A DNA stretch of 62,345 nt, counting the filler, from Sphacelaria rigidula (lineage: Eukaryota): NCBI GenBank assembly GCA_964200075.2. It is 4 parts of 4 records of this genome, joined end to end, with 100 filler letters (N's around TTAATTAATTAA, not from the genome) between each part and the next. Parts side by side here need not be neighbours in the genome. Positions count along the whole stretch, not along the records: positions 15,615 to 31,126 come from CAXNAA020001717.1; positions 31,227 to 46,737 come from CAXNAA020001718.1; 2 more parts are not named here. One strand, written 5' to 3'. The notes under the pieces were generated by a model that saw only the letters and a list, made by a program, of their open reading frames with translations, did no database searches and had not been told where the DNA came from. The stretch's first letter is position 1. Each line of letters starts with the position of its first letter. Shown here piece by piece: positions 24,522 through 36,300 of the stretch. The position numbers were made by a program, and so were the translations under genes.

Positions 24522-27500
24522 CCGTTTGCGAGTCTCCCTCTCTCGCCGTTTCTGTCGTTCCGAGGTAACCGAAGTCGCGATCGCGCCCATTTTCGCTCTC
24601 AGCGGCGATCGGCTCGCTTCCCGCCGTTGCGAGGCCTGTGTTTCCCTCTCCGCCGCGCTAGCGGCGGAGTTCTTGGCCCACATCCAGCGTCTTTGTCCAG
24701 CGAGGTAATCAGGAACCTATGTGTCGGTCCGTATGTACAGAGACAAGGGTGTATTTACCTTGCGCGTGTACTTTCGCGCACGTTTTTTTTATTTTCCTGA
24801 AGGAATGCATGTTGCAGGGGCCGTTCATTTCTATTACTCCGTCGGAGCCGGTTTCTTTTGTTCTTCCCCTTACCTTACATGACTTTTCCTTTCTTTGTAC
24901 TAAATATTTTTTCTCTTGTCTCTGACGTTGCTTATTCTACACCGTTTGTTCTTTTTTTTATGCCTTCCTTATCTCTGCCCTTTCTCAAGTTTCCTTCAGC
25001 GAAGTGTTTCCGTTGTTTCGTCTACCTTGGGGACGTCTATCCTGTGTATAATAACCACGACTGGATCCCTCGAGAACTAGTACATCTGTGACGACCAACC
25101 AATCAACCGATTGCAAACTGACCACATCACACAAAGCATGCTGCCACGCCGTTTTTCAGCTCACCAAGATCATGACAAGCTGCGACAAGCTAAGAGACTA
25201 TAGTATACATAAATTGATCGTCAACCATCATCTGCCTGCACAACCCACGTCGCGTTCCAGAACCAACGTTTTGTTCCCTCACCACTTTTTACCTCATCGC
25301 CAGGTTTCATTACGCTTCTTCCGGAAGAGGTCAACCCTTGCTTGCCCCCAGGCTGCGCGCTTCCGCTCCTCCCCTTGCTGCCCCCCCCCTTCGTTCGAGG
25401 CCTTCTAGCGGTGCTGCTTCTTCGTCGGGGACTATGTGAAAGCCCTCTGAAATTCTTCCGGTCACTTCTACCCCAACGTGAGGCACGCTGAGCCCTGCTG
25501 CAAGCCACGCTCTGAGTCCCGCGTTGGGCGCGTTCTCCTGTCGTTCGAGCTGGCACAATGGTTGTCTCCCCGGGAGCACAAACGCCGCCGACATACAGTG
25601 TCCGTTTTCGTCTCTCCGCTACGGTCAGCGACACTTCCGACCTCACCGATGTTGTTGTGCATTTCGAGGGCGAAGCCTTTATTGGCGTGTCTCGAGTCAG
25701 CATCTCTGTTCCTTTGCCGTCTCTATACTCTTCACCTGTCGTTGATGTTGCGGTCGTGCGATTTTTGCGCGTTCCTGCGTAATTGTATTGGAATCCAAAA
25801 GACATTATTGGTTACAGAGACAACATCCCCTAGGGCAAACACAGGCACTCGGGATTCACCACATTCCTTCTTTTGTTTCCGCCACCATTGCCGCCTTGAA
25901 CGTAACTATATATCTGTACTCGGCCTCACCTGCTTGGTCGTTGTCATCGTGACTGTCGACTGCGTCACAACTTGTTATTGCTCGTCCGCAGTCGCAACGT
26001 TTTGACGTTTTCGGCGGTGAAGCTGCTGCTACTGCCGTCTCTTCCAAGCTGCTCTCTGGATGGACGGCTTCGATCGCACACAAGTCATCTCGATGGACTG
26101 GAAACCCTTCGCGGCCTAGGTGCGCCGGCGCTGATTGGGGGTGAGATGGTTTTTTCTCCGATGTAATTTTACATTTCTGCGTATCCGGATCGTGATGAAA
26201 TCGTTGCGCGAGTCATCCATGTATATGTTCGCATGCATGACAGGGACTAGAAGCTGCGAAGTCATACAGGTGAGTGTTGTCGGGATGCCGATCTGGCGGT
26301 GCTGGGCGCTCATGATGGTCACACGTCGACACCCATCATATTTCGCAAAAACATTCGCGAAATTTACGATGATCCCTAGAACTGCTTCAGTGCCGTGTAT
26401 GTTTATGTTTGATCACATATGGAACGTACCTACGATCGTGACAGCGTAATATTTCGTACCTGTTATCGTCGTCTGTGGTCCTTGCCCCGACTCCGTCTCA
26501 CCCTCGAGAAAAATACTACTCCCCGGCAGGTCTCCAATATCATCTCCAGCTGGCCCAACAGTAGATAGTGATCCGCGTGCCACATCAAAGTGTCCAAACT
26601 CTACACCCCGGGCCGTAGTGAAGCTCTCTCGATGCGACCCGATATCGCGCAGCACATCCCCTGGAGGTGACCCTACGCGGGGATTGAAACAAGCTTCAAA
26701 ATTAAACAAACCTGGTCCCGTCGTATTTCATGAAACATATGTATCATAGGGTCGTCAATTTCTTCCGGGAAAATAAGTGGTGTTGAGAATGTGTTGGTAG
26801 GTATTGGCAACGCTATGCCGTCTTTCCGTACCGGGCAACGCACCCCCCTGTGTTTCTTTTCCTCAATGCAAGCCCCCGCCGAACCGCTGACTTTAATCCT
26901 ACGCACCGCCATGCACCCGGCCTTTCTCTCAAAGCAATCTATATCAAGGTATCATTCTACCTGTGCACGGACGATCTCGTCGTGCCGAAAGACTGCGGCG
27001 TTTAGCCCCTTGTCTGCGGTCGTCGCGACTCTTGCCGCGAAACCTTGTCGCCGCTGACCCACTCGCAGGTCGACTCTTTTGGACCGCGCTCTGCTGCTGA
27101 AGCATTTGCGACGGGGTTCTGTCGTGTATGTCTCGCACGCTCGCGGAAGCTCCTTGTTCCAACAACTCATACGTCGCTCCAAAATTCCGACATAAATATG
27201 CCACGTGAAGGGCTGAATGCACGACCACGCGGGTGTAGGAATAGAGGGCGCATGCGAAATATACTTGGAATAAGATACGCTTACTAAATGAGCACGTGCG
27301 GAAGAACAGGTATACAAAGAGAACAAGCCGTATCCCGTAACTGGCACCTGAATATGACCGTTTGTCGCTAGCCGTGGCTACCAGGGAGCGGGCTTACTGG
27401 ACCACCGGGTTTGGGGCTGGGTTTGTTCCCGGGAGGTTGGTTGAAATGGATCCAACAGAAGACGGTTTGGCTAGTGAAGTAGGCATTGGTTCGTAGGGCT

Positions 27501-29798
27501 CTGAAGGAAGTAGATCTCGGTGCCAATTTGTAGAGCGATTCAGGGAATCGGTTCCCGTGTGGCACGGTTTACCTTTTATAGGCCTCATGGTTCACTTTTA
27601 TGCCTTTTCCAGAACATCTTCTAAATTAGTATGTTCAGGCTTTGCGTCGGTTCGAATCGAACTTCCCGTGAGATGTGCGTCTAAAACATAGGGATTACGC
27701 TACTAGAACAGGTATTCTCGAATAGGTCATATGTGTCCGCTGTGCCGTGCATTCGAACCCTTGATGCCGGCTAGAACTCGCGGTCTACGCTACCTATATA
27801 CTTTCTCTGTCCCATAAGCCTGTGCGGTTATGGACGTTTGACCGTTTGGGTATTTCAACGCTGACGATCATCCTACAGTTGGGTTCGTTGGAGAGATAAC
27901 GCACAGACGAAGCTGACTCAGAAAAAAAGGGGGGGGGAAAAAACTCGTTTTCAATACTAAAATTATGTCAAAATGTACCCCATTTTGGCCCTTTTTGATC
28001 CACTTATACCCCAATGTTGACCGATTTTGGACGTTTTTACGTCGAGCACTAGTGATTACATGCTGAAAAATTGCTAGATGGGGTGCGCGTAGATTAATGT
28101 CACGGAAATATCCAAATCACTGGTGGTTTCGCGGTTTTCACATTTTTTTCACGATTTTTCGCGATTCTCGGGTCTGCGATGCTTCACTGGGGAAAAAGCA
28201 AAAAAAATGGCCATATTTCTGACAGACTCACTTTTTCTCGGTCGCGAGACTGCACGGGCCAAGCACCCACGTTGCAGGAAGAATATTGTTTTTAGCTAAA
28301 AAAACGCCAGCGAATGCAACCAAAAATCGAAAATCAAATCGGAAATCGTTAAGGGCTCACACAAACATAACTGCACAGACATATAGGACAAAGGAAGTAC
28401 ACATTCTCGAACATGGGATGTGTGTCCATTGTACTGTGCATTCAAGCGCTTGGCACCCAGTCAACAGGGCCATTTGTCGCGAGAAAAGTGACCGCGACCT
28501 TATTCTCGCCCATATACAATTCTATTCAGCGCTACATTTCATACAAGCGCAAACGCGCACCAGGCGTTCAGTTGATCTTGATTGTGGCGCATGGAACGCT
28601 CGGAGAATGTGCCTTGTGACTCACCCGTGCGCCCTCGATTATCTGGCTTGTCGATATTTGCCCCCGCTGCCACCAAAGTGCGGACAAGAACTTCCGCCTG
28701 AAAGTTATTGCGAGCTGCGTAATGAAGGGGTGTCCACCCATCGAGGTCTTGGGTATTGACCGCAGCCCCAGCAGCGAGCAGAAGAAGGACAGTGTCCACC
28801 GAACCCTCGAAGGCGGCGAGGTGCAGGAGGCAAATGCGCCTGTCGAACGCCGAGCAGGCCGGTGTGTGTGTGTATGTGTGTGTATGTGTGTGTGACGAGC
28901 ATTTGCCGCCGTATCATTCCTGTTGACTGTATACGAGCGGGGGGCCGCAGGTAGTGTTTCGTATGCACTAGTTACATGGGTTACACCATGGCACTCGTGG
29001 AGTAAAACGTGTGTTATGCGTGCATGTCTCAATCTTTCTCTCCTTAATCCACTTGCTCAGACAAATGTCGGTGCAAGTCATGAAGTGCATGTATGTTGGG
29101 GTGATGTAGTCAGGAGTATTGTGCTCCCACGGAGATAATTCCCTCTTCGACGAGGGCTGTTCGTTGCATGCGAGCGGTTCCTACCGGCATCTCTGTGCCG
29201 AGTCGTGTGCGGCGAATGACGCAAAGTCAAGAATACAGCCCGTGTCCTATATAAACGAGTACACGAAAATAGGAGATATAGGTATCTGGTTCCATAGTGT
29301 ACTACATCCGGTTGCGCTACGGTATATATACAGCGCCGTCTCGCGGATATGTATCACTCACCATCCGCGATGAGCATCCACAGCTGCGCTCGCCTCTTTT
29401 CGTCCTCTTTTTGACGACTCCAGGAACTTTCTCAGCGTTTTCGAGTCTCCGAGTCCCACCGCCTGCCTTGCCAGGGTACCCGCCCAGGTGAAACTTGCAT
29501 CTTCTTGTAGCTGTTCTGTGTATTGGTGTGCATGTTGTCGCTGCGGCATGCTTCGTGCGCTGTGAACACGGCGGGAGGACCCAGCAGCAAGTACCTGCCG
29601 TGACTGATATCGGGAGTAATAGGGTGCAGCAAGTCTTTGCGCTTGTCCCGCCGCTCTGTTCAGTTGAGATGCGGTGTCGTGTAGAGTCGACTCCAACTGT
29701 TGACATCGGTCCAAGGACTGCGCGCTTCCATCAACTCCACCCGCCGCCTCACAGGCCCTTACAGGCTGCCTTCGAGTGAAGCATTTTCCCGTGCGCAT
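24522..29798 (-). CDS. Ankyrin-repeat protein, 5' part (multi-exon), followed by a low-complexity/basic linker
   Basis: Phase-compatible exons 29362..29798 (candidate ATG at 29798), 28625..28839 (RICLLHLAAFEGSVDTVLLLLAAGAAVNTQDLDGWTPLHYAARNNFQAEVLVRTLVAAGANIDKPDNRGRT), 26961..27212 (ALHVAYLCRNFGATYELLEQGASASVRDIHDRTP...), 26460..26672, 25930..26115, 25293..25774, 24522..24716. About 3 ANK repeats with TPLHxAA/LLxxGAxxN signatures. The ANK exons are firm; the linker exon boundaries are less so. Confidence 0.75.
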
Positions 29799-31126
29799 GC
29801 CTCAAGCAAGTCATATGCGACACATGAGGCTTGATCGAACGGCTTCGGAGTACTAGCACATGATGTTTGGCTCTTATCATTGAGCATGGCCGATGGGCTG
29901 GTGCCAGGTGAGATGGATGTCCAGCTGGTTCGATTCAAAATCACCGTGATAATTGCCCCGCGTCGTTTCAGCTGAGCCTGTCAGTTCCGCCGCATTGTAA
30001 TGTCGATTCTCATATTACTACGAAGTCCTTTTCCAGAAATCTAGCGCCCGTGGTCACGAAGGCATGGCTCAAAAAGACATCATATAGAGAGAAAAAAAGC
30101 AAATATCCCCGAGCGTGACAACACGGTGCCCCGAAGTGCGGGGTTCAACAAACACGTCAGCTGTGTGTACTCGATACCGTGCTGTACCTCACATCATAGA
30201 TTTTCAGAACAGTTTATGGAATGATTAGATAGTTGCTGGCTTCCTGCGGGTCCCACGAAGGCCTACAAACGCATTGGCTTCTGCCGGTGCTGCTAATACA
30301 CACGCATGAGTTGCTCTTACGGGATCTGATCCGCATTGTTCACTTAATTTCTTGTGGGAATCCCATTGCCAGCCGCGAGCGGTGGTGTTTTGTGGAAGAG
30401 GCCGGTGTGTGCAGGGAGGCAAGGGGATGGTCTTTAATGAGGCGTGTTTATCTCCAGGCCATGCCCGCGACTTTCACGACCTGCGAACAGAAATGGGTAG
30501 AGACACGTGATGCAGGATAAAGGAACTGGCCCGATTACGAAGTACGTTTCGTGAGGGCAAGATCTTTTTATCCTAGCTGTTGTACCTCATAGAAATAAAA
30601 GCATACGCACACGGCCCCGTGTGCCATGCATCCGGTGGTAGGATATTTCTTCGAAGAAAAGTTCACCCAAGGGGTTAGTTAGACCGTTTCTTCCGGTTCG
30701 TATATGCGGCAGGCAGAACTGGCAGTATTGTGCTGCTTAGTTCTGTCTGTGCTGTACGTTGCCCACATCATAATTAGTACAGCCGTTATACTACTGGCAA
30801 ACTAACATTTCCATCCTACTGTAGTGTGTTGAATGCGGCAGTACAACCCACGTACTACTGTCTGCACTGCACGTCGTCCAAGTCATTTTCGGCAGCCGTT
30901 GGGTGCAGCATGGCATGTGGATCCTACTGTTCAATCGGCAGTACACAGAATACAGTACTGCCTGGTGTTGTCTGTATTGCATGTTGTCCACATATCTCAC
31001 GCTGTACGCATCATTATTTTTACTACAGCCGTGCGTACTACTGTTGTGTGCAAGATGACACTTACAACTCACTGCATGAGACAGCACAGACAACAGCATC
31101 CTGCAGCATCCTGCAATCTCTACGCT

Positions 31127-31226
31127 NNNNNNNNNNNNNNNNNNNNNNNNNNNNNNNNNNNNNNNNNNNNTTAATTAATTAANNNNNNNNNNNNNNNNNN
31201 NNNNNNNNNNNNNNNNNNNNNNNNNN
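31127..31226. other. Artificial contig spacer N44-TTAATTAATTAA-N44
   Basis: Identical 100-nt spacer. Confidence 0.99.
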
Positions 31227-31320
31227 GGTCCGGCGAAAACCCGGCGTGCTCCGTCCCGGCTTTGTAGGGATGCGAGGTCAATGGTCTGATGACTATGCAT
31301 GATCATGAGTACACCCCCCC
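31227..31320 (-). repeat. Short dispersed repeat family, copy at contig start
   Basis: ggtccggcgaaaacccggcgtgctccgtcccggctttgtagggatgcgaggtcaatgg...catgagtacacc is the reverse complement of the 6373-6467 unit. Confidence 0.85.
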
Positions 31321-32091
31321 TCTTCCTATATCGAGGGCGTTGTCGTCATACGAACAACATTTCTTCACACGAAAAGTAGCCTGCGAGGAACCAAGCAGTC
31401 CAGACTTTTCCCCGTCGAGTACACACCCCAGCACCACAGCGCTAACACATACACCTTACAGTCTGACTACTACTACTGTCTGTAGTGTTGGTAGCCATGG
31501 AGATGAACTTCATCAACCGCATGCAGCAGTCCCGACGGCGGGCTGGTATGTTTGTGGTTTCATATAGAAGTGTACAGACGCGAGAGCTTCAGTGGATTTA
31601 TTCTTGATGAATTTTAAGTATTTCTTTCCGTGCTTTGTATGCCGATTATGCTCCTTTTCCATTATAACAAATAAATGAAACGAAAATTGGAAGCGCGATG
31701 CAAAGCAGAGCAATCTATAACATATATATATATATATATTGATTTTAGAATTGAACCTTATGTGCGCCGTATCTCGAGAGAGATAATAACGAACTAGGCG
31801 AATGTGAGGGTATCGATCGTCTCCCCGTGTTCCAGGGAATGTCCACACCAAACATCGTCATCCGCTGTATACATCGTTCTGGGTTTCAGATAGACTTCAT
31901 AGTATAGACGGATCACGTTCCAACTCGTCTGTGTCGTCGATGAGATATCGCTCTGAGAGCTTGAATCCGCGCGTATATAGGCCAGCCCAGCTTAGTGCCC
32001 GAAAAATCATTTTAAACACTGGAGCAAAGTAGTTACTGTTGTACAAGGTTGCACCTTTCAAGCCCAATTAATTGCCGAATACACACCCCAA

Positions 32092-32559
32092 GGCTAATTC
32101 TTATGTATCGAAAAATAAAAACTTGTTGAAAAGTGTAGTTTTGGCCCCTCTTCGTCGTTTTTCCCCCGAAAAGAGGGCTAGGCGGCTGTTGACACCTTGG
32201 AATGATGTGCTCTACTCGCCGAGACGGTTCCTGAGCACCTTTGCGTTTGCCGTAGATCACGGTTGCGTTTTTGGCCAAACTTGCATTTTCAGTAACAGTC
32301 AAGTTATGAAAAAAATGTCAGTTTTCCCCCTTTTTTTTAGATAACTTGACCGTTTGTTTTTGAAAATGCAAGTTTGGCCAAAAACGAAACCGTAACCTAC
32401 GGCAAACGCAAAGGTGCTCTGGGACCGTCTCAGCGAGTAGAGCAAGTTATTCCAAGGTATCAACAGCCGCCGAGTCTTCTTTTCGGGGGAAAAACGACGG
32501 AGAGGGGCCAAATATGCACTTTTCAACAAGTTTTATTTTTCGATACATAAGAAGTAGCC
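32092..32559. mobile_element. Foldback/MITE-like element with ~200-bp terminal inverted repeats, ~0.8 kb upstream of the GMD ATG
   Basis: ggctaattcttatgtatcgaaaaataaaaacttgttgaaaagtg...ttggccaaacttgcattttca (32092-32291) versus tgaaaatgcaagtttggccaa...cacttttcaacaagttttatttttcgatacataagaagtagcc (32361-32559). No clear TSD. Confidence 0.85.
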
Positions 32560-33357
32560 GAAATATTCACGCCGATTCTTGGAATTAGACGCTGACAAAA
32601 TTTTCACGTATATACTACGGGGAATTTCGGAACTTTTTGGAATGCTGTTCTCATACTTTTCCCCGCTGGTTTTCGGGGGGGCGAGAATGGCATGTGATCC
32701 CCCATTCCCCCAACCCCCCAAGCTGTGGGACCCCAGATAACCAGCGAAAAGAAGAGAAATACGAACCCCCCATTCCTTCAAAGGTTTCAAAATGCCCTAC
32801 AGCGTATGTGTGCAATATTTCAGTCTAATAACTCATAGAATCTGCGTGAATATCGTGGATACATGAATTTGGGGTCGAAATCGTGAACCTCAACCTGCTG
32901 TGCAAACAAGCATCATCACCCCGCGGACACGACGACCTGCTAACCTGATGATGAAACTTGTAGTGTTCTGTGGATGGACTGAACACGACGTTCACTATTC
33001 TTGGTTCTTCTGTTGATGTTTTACAAGGTTGGAAGTGGGAGATATCTTCTTTGCGGTGCCACTTTCAGCATCTCGAGTCAATTATGTTCGCGCTCGGCTG
33101 CTGAGCCTCGTACTTGACAGTTGATTCCGAAGCTGACACACTTCATGTATGGCGACCACGGGTCAGAAGACATATTGGCGAATACCTAAATATCGACTTG
33201 GTGAGAAATGACCTTGTTTTGTCAACGTTAGGGTGTAAGAACAAAATCGGCCACAGCAGGCAGCTCGAAATCACACTATTTTTGGTCGACCACAATCGTC
33301 AGTTCATCGTTCCAACAACCTGCCTCTGCTTTTCTTGGGCTGTAAAGTACCGTCGCC

Positions 33358-36300
33358 ATGGCTGGAAAGGAGACTATTGTTCAGGTGAAAAGCCCTATCT
33401 TCCGCGCTCATCGTCGTGTATATGAGCGATGCTGTTCTTGTTCGTCCTGGCTTCATCTTCTACGCTGTACGCCTGCGCCGTCGTTTGTTCGCGCAGATAC
33501 TTCGGGCTGTCTATTGTACTGGTGTTGGCTCACATAAAAGCCTGCTTTCTTGTCTCACGAGCAGCTGTGTGCTGTACCGTAACAATAGTTGTCGCCTTGC
33601 TGTAGTTGCGATTTCACCTCTGTGCCTGCTTGTTGCGGCCGATACTTTCCCTCAGTTTGTGCGTTGTTCGGATGTTGTGGTCTACACAACTGTTGGAACT
33701 CTTGTGACCACGCTGTTCCCCCTTGCCACCCACTGTACTGTTCCCTGTAATATTGTAATCAAGCCAAACCGAGATTCCAGAACCACTGATGGGTAACGAA
33801 CAAGTGCTCTTTATTCGCCGACAGTTTGGCACGAATCATTTGGCTTATGTAACTTCTTGGCCGCATTCTCTGCAGATCGGGTGCGGCGTGGTTGGCGGAG
33901 CGTATGCTAAGGCCTACGTACATCATGGATTTAGGTACGTCGTAGTTTGATAATTGCTGCCCGTTACGCGCAGGTCGCACGTGGACAGGATACCAATCTT
34001 GCCTTGTTCATCCGTGCTGTAGTCGTCGCCTCCCCCAAAAGATACTTTTTGTCATATTTTTTCACACCAAAAACGATATTCACCAGCATGTGGGGCATGT
34101 CATGGAAGGGTGTGAAGTTCGAATACAACAAAAATATGCATCTTAATCTCGGAGTGTACCGTACCAGTATTCAAAATGTATTGTGGCATCCATATCACGG
34201 CGTACTTCGAAATATTTAGTCGTCTCACTTCACGACCGTACTCTCGATGTCAAAACAACCTTGGAAAACAGACATGGTGATGATGTGTTGTCAGGGACAA
34301 GTGTGGCAGTACAGTCGTAAACAAACACCTGTACAGTAGTCGGTACAACTGTATACAGTACAGAGGAGCCTCGTGAAGGGAGATATGAAGTATACCCCCT
34401 CGGCAGCGCCACTGTTCATACGCGTGCCGTGGTTGCGTGCGGTTCATCCCGTGTTCCACCTCTGCTTCATGTCTCCTGTTGGACTTGTTCACCGTCCCGT
34501 GGTCTGACAGATCGAAACAAAACTCCACCGTCCAGTCGTACCCGTTCTGTCTGATGCGATGTGCGTAGTGTACTGGTTGCCCGAACGTGGATGTAAAGAA
34601 TTTCCCGAACCCAGGACTGGCCATGTGCACGGTTTTTCCCAGCGGCCTCTGGTGTTCCCTTGTTGCAGGATGAAAGAACATGTCCTTTCGAAGCAGAGAG
34701 TTGTTTAGATTCAAAATTTCATGGTGATGATCAGCGAACGCGATGATCGTCAAGATCTGCAACGCATTCGATTTACTGATCTGAATACCAATGCAGCGAA
34801 GACGCTGGTCATCCCCTCGGTTCTGTACACAGCATTGGCACCACACTAGTTTGTCGTCTCTGAAATATATTCTCGTGAAAGATGCAATGCGGTTCTGAAA
34901 CTCGTCTGTCTTGGATATGCGGAGAGTCGTGGCACCTAGGGGGTACGGGCAGCGGTGCAGTACGCATAATAGCAACACAAATTCACATGTTATAACTCAC
35001 GGAAGAAGTCACGGAAGTCCCTCGTCCGTTGTCTCGGGGTGTTGAAATCGATTCGTACGGAGTGCGAGACTACGCCATGGTCGTCGGGTGAGATGAATAG
35101 GTGGTGAAGAATCGCACCTATCCCACCAAAGCACTTGTAGACCTGGCAAATATGAGCATGCCCGTAAGCATCACAGGAACGGCTGGTGTTGGCGGGCAGT
35201 TCCTAAGTGAATGTTCAGTGAATCCAGCACGGTCAAGGGCAGTGGCATGCAAATCATGCTGCCTGTGTAGGCGGTTTTGTTCTGGCTTCTCTCACGTCCG
35301 TAGTTGTGGGAAAAGGGCCCGCGGGAGGAGGTACGAGGCGGCTAATCCCATTCCCAGGAGCCCCCCAATATCGTCCAGTACAGTCAAGACGTTGCGCTTC
35401 ACGATTTTGGGGCTCACAGCGTTTTGTGGTGATCATTGGTGAAAACACCTGCACTACTGATGCTCAACGGCAGCCTCGTTCCTCGTGATCAGTTTGGGCC
35501 AGGATCCAGGAGTTTGCCCCCTGAGTCCCATTAGATGAACTCTACCTGCACATTGTTCGAATGAACATGATGCCAATTTCACGACATGGTGTGCTCTTCG
35601 ACCGCTGAGAATGGGTCGATCATCTCCTGAATCGACATCATTTTCACGTGAAGACCTCCTGCAATGTCCCGATGACGCACTGCCGGGGATTGAAGGGGGC
35701 CCTGGAGACGGGCGGCAGTGCCATGTTACCTTCTTGCATCCGCAAAACTACGGAGCTCGAAATGACACGAGCCCTCCCTAACTATGCACGGAACGGGACT
35801 TTGTTGCGCTGAAAGTAGTCTGTTGTAGCCAGTAATTTGTGTCTTGACTCGTCACCTTTTTACCCGCCGTTCCTGCTGTCTGCTTTCTGAGTACAGCTAC
35901 GATAGTAACTGGCACGGAAGTCGAAGCGGACGCATCAACCATTATGCCCTGTATTTCATGAGCCCTTTCTACAGCCAACATTCGTTCGGTGTCGATGCAC
36001 GTAGCGAGTCGGCTGGTGCGGAATCCCGAAGTAACGTGCGTGCGCGAGTCGGCTGGTTTGAAGCATCGTGATGTTCGTCTCGAGAAGTCGAAAACGAGGC
36101 AAACACAGGTACTGCGCACATTATGGACTTATCCGTATAACACTCTTTGATTTGTAAAATGTGATATAGCTCGCCCTCTCCCCGCGGGTAAAACTCGAGC
36201 AGTCGCTTGGTGTAAGTAAGGCCGGCTCTAATGAGAGCCGTTCAGAATTCCTGTTTGAAACTTCCGCTTTGGCCCTTGTCCGTCGTTTGACGCCTGAAAA

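Noticed and set aside
23123..24708. Plus-strand ORFs 23123..23806 (227 aa) and 24010..24708 (232 aa)
   Set aside because: No motifs; they overlap minus-strand exon candidates and are likely antisense shadows.
27740..27800. tRNA gene (GGTTCGAAT-like B box on the minus strand)
   Set aside because: No acceptor stem or cloverleaf; at most a SINE relic.
32963..33027. Alternative GMD 5' exon (…SSVDVLQ) joining IGCGVVG
   Set aside because: The available GT donor is phase 1, incompatible with the phase-0 acceptor at 33876. Exon 33358-33384 fits exactly and has a good ATG context.
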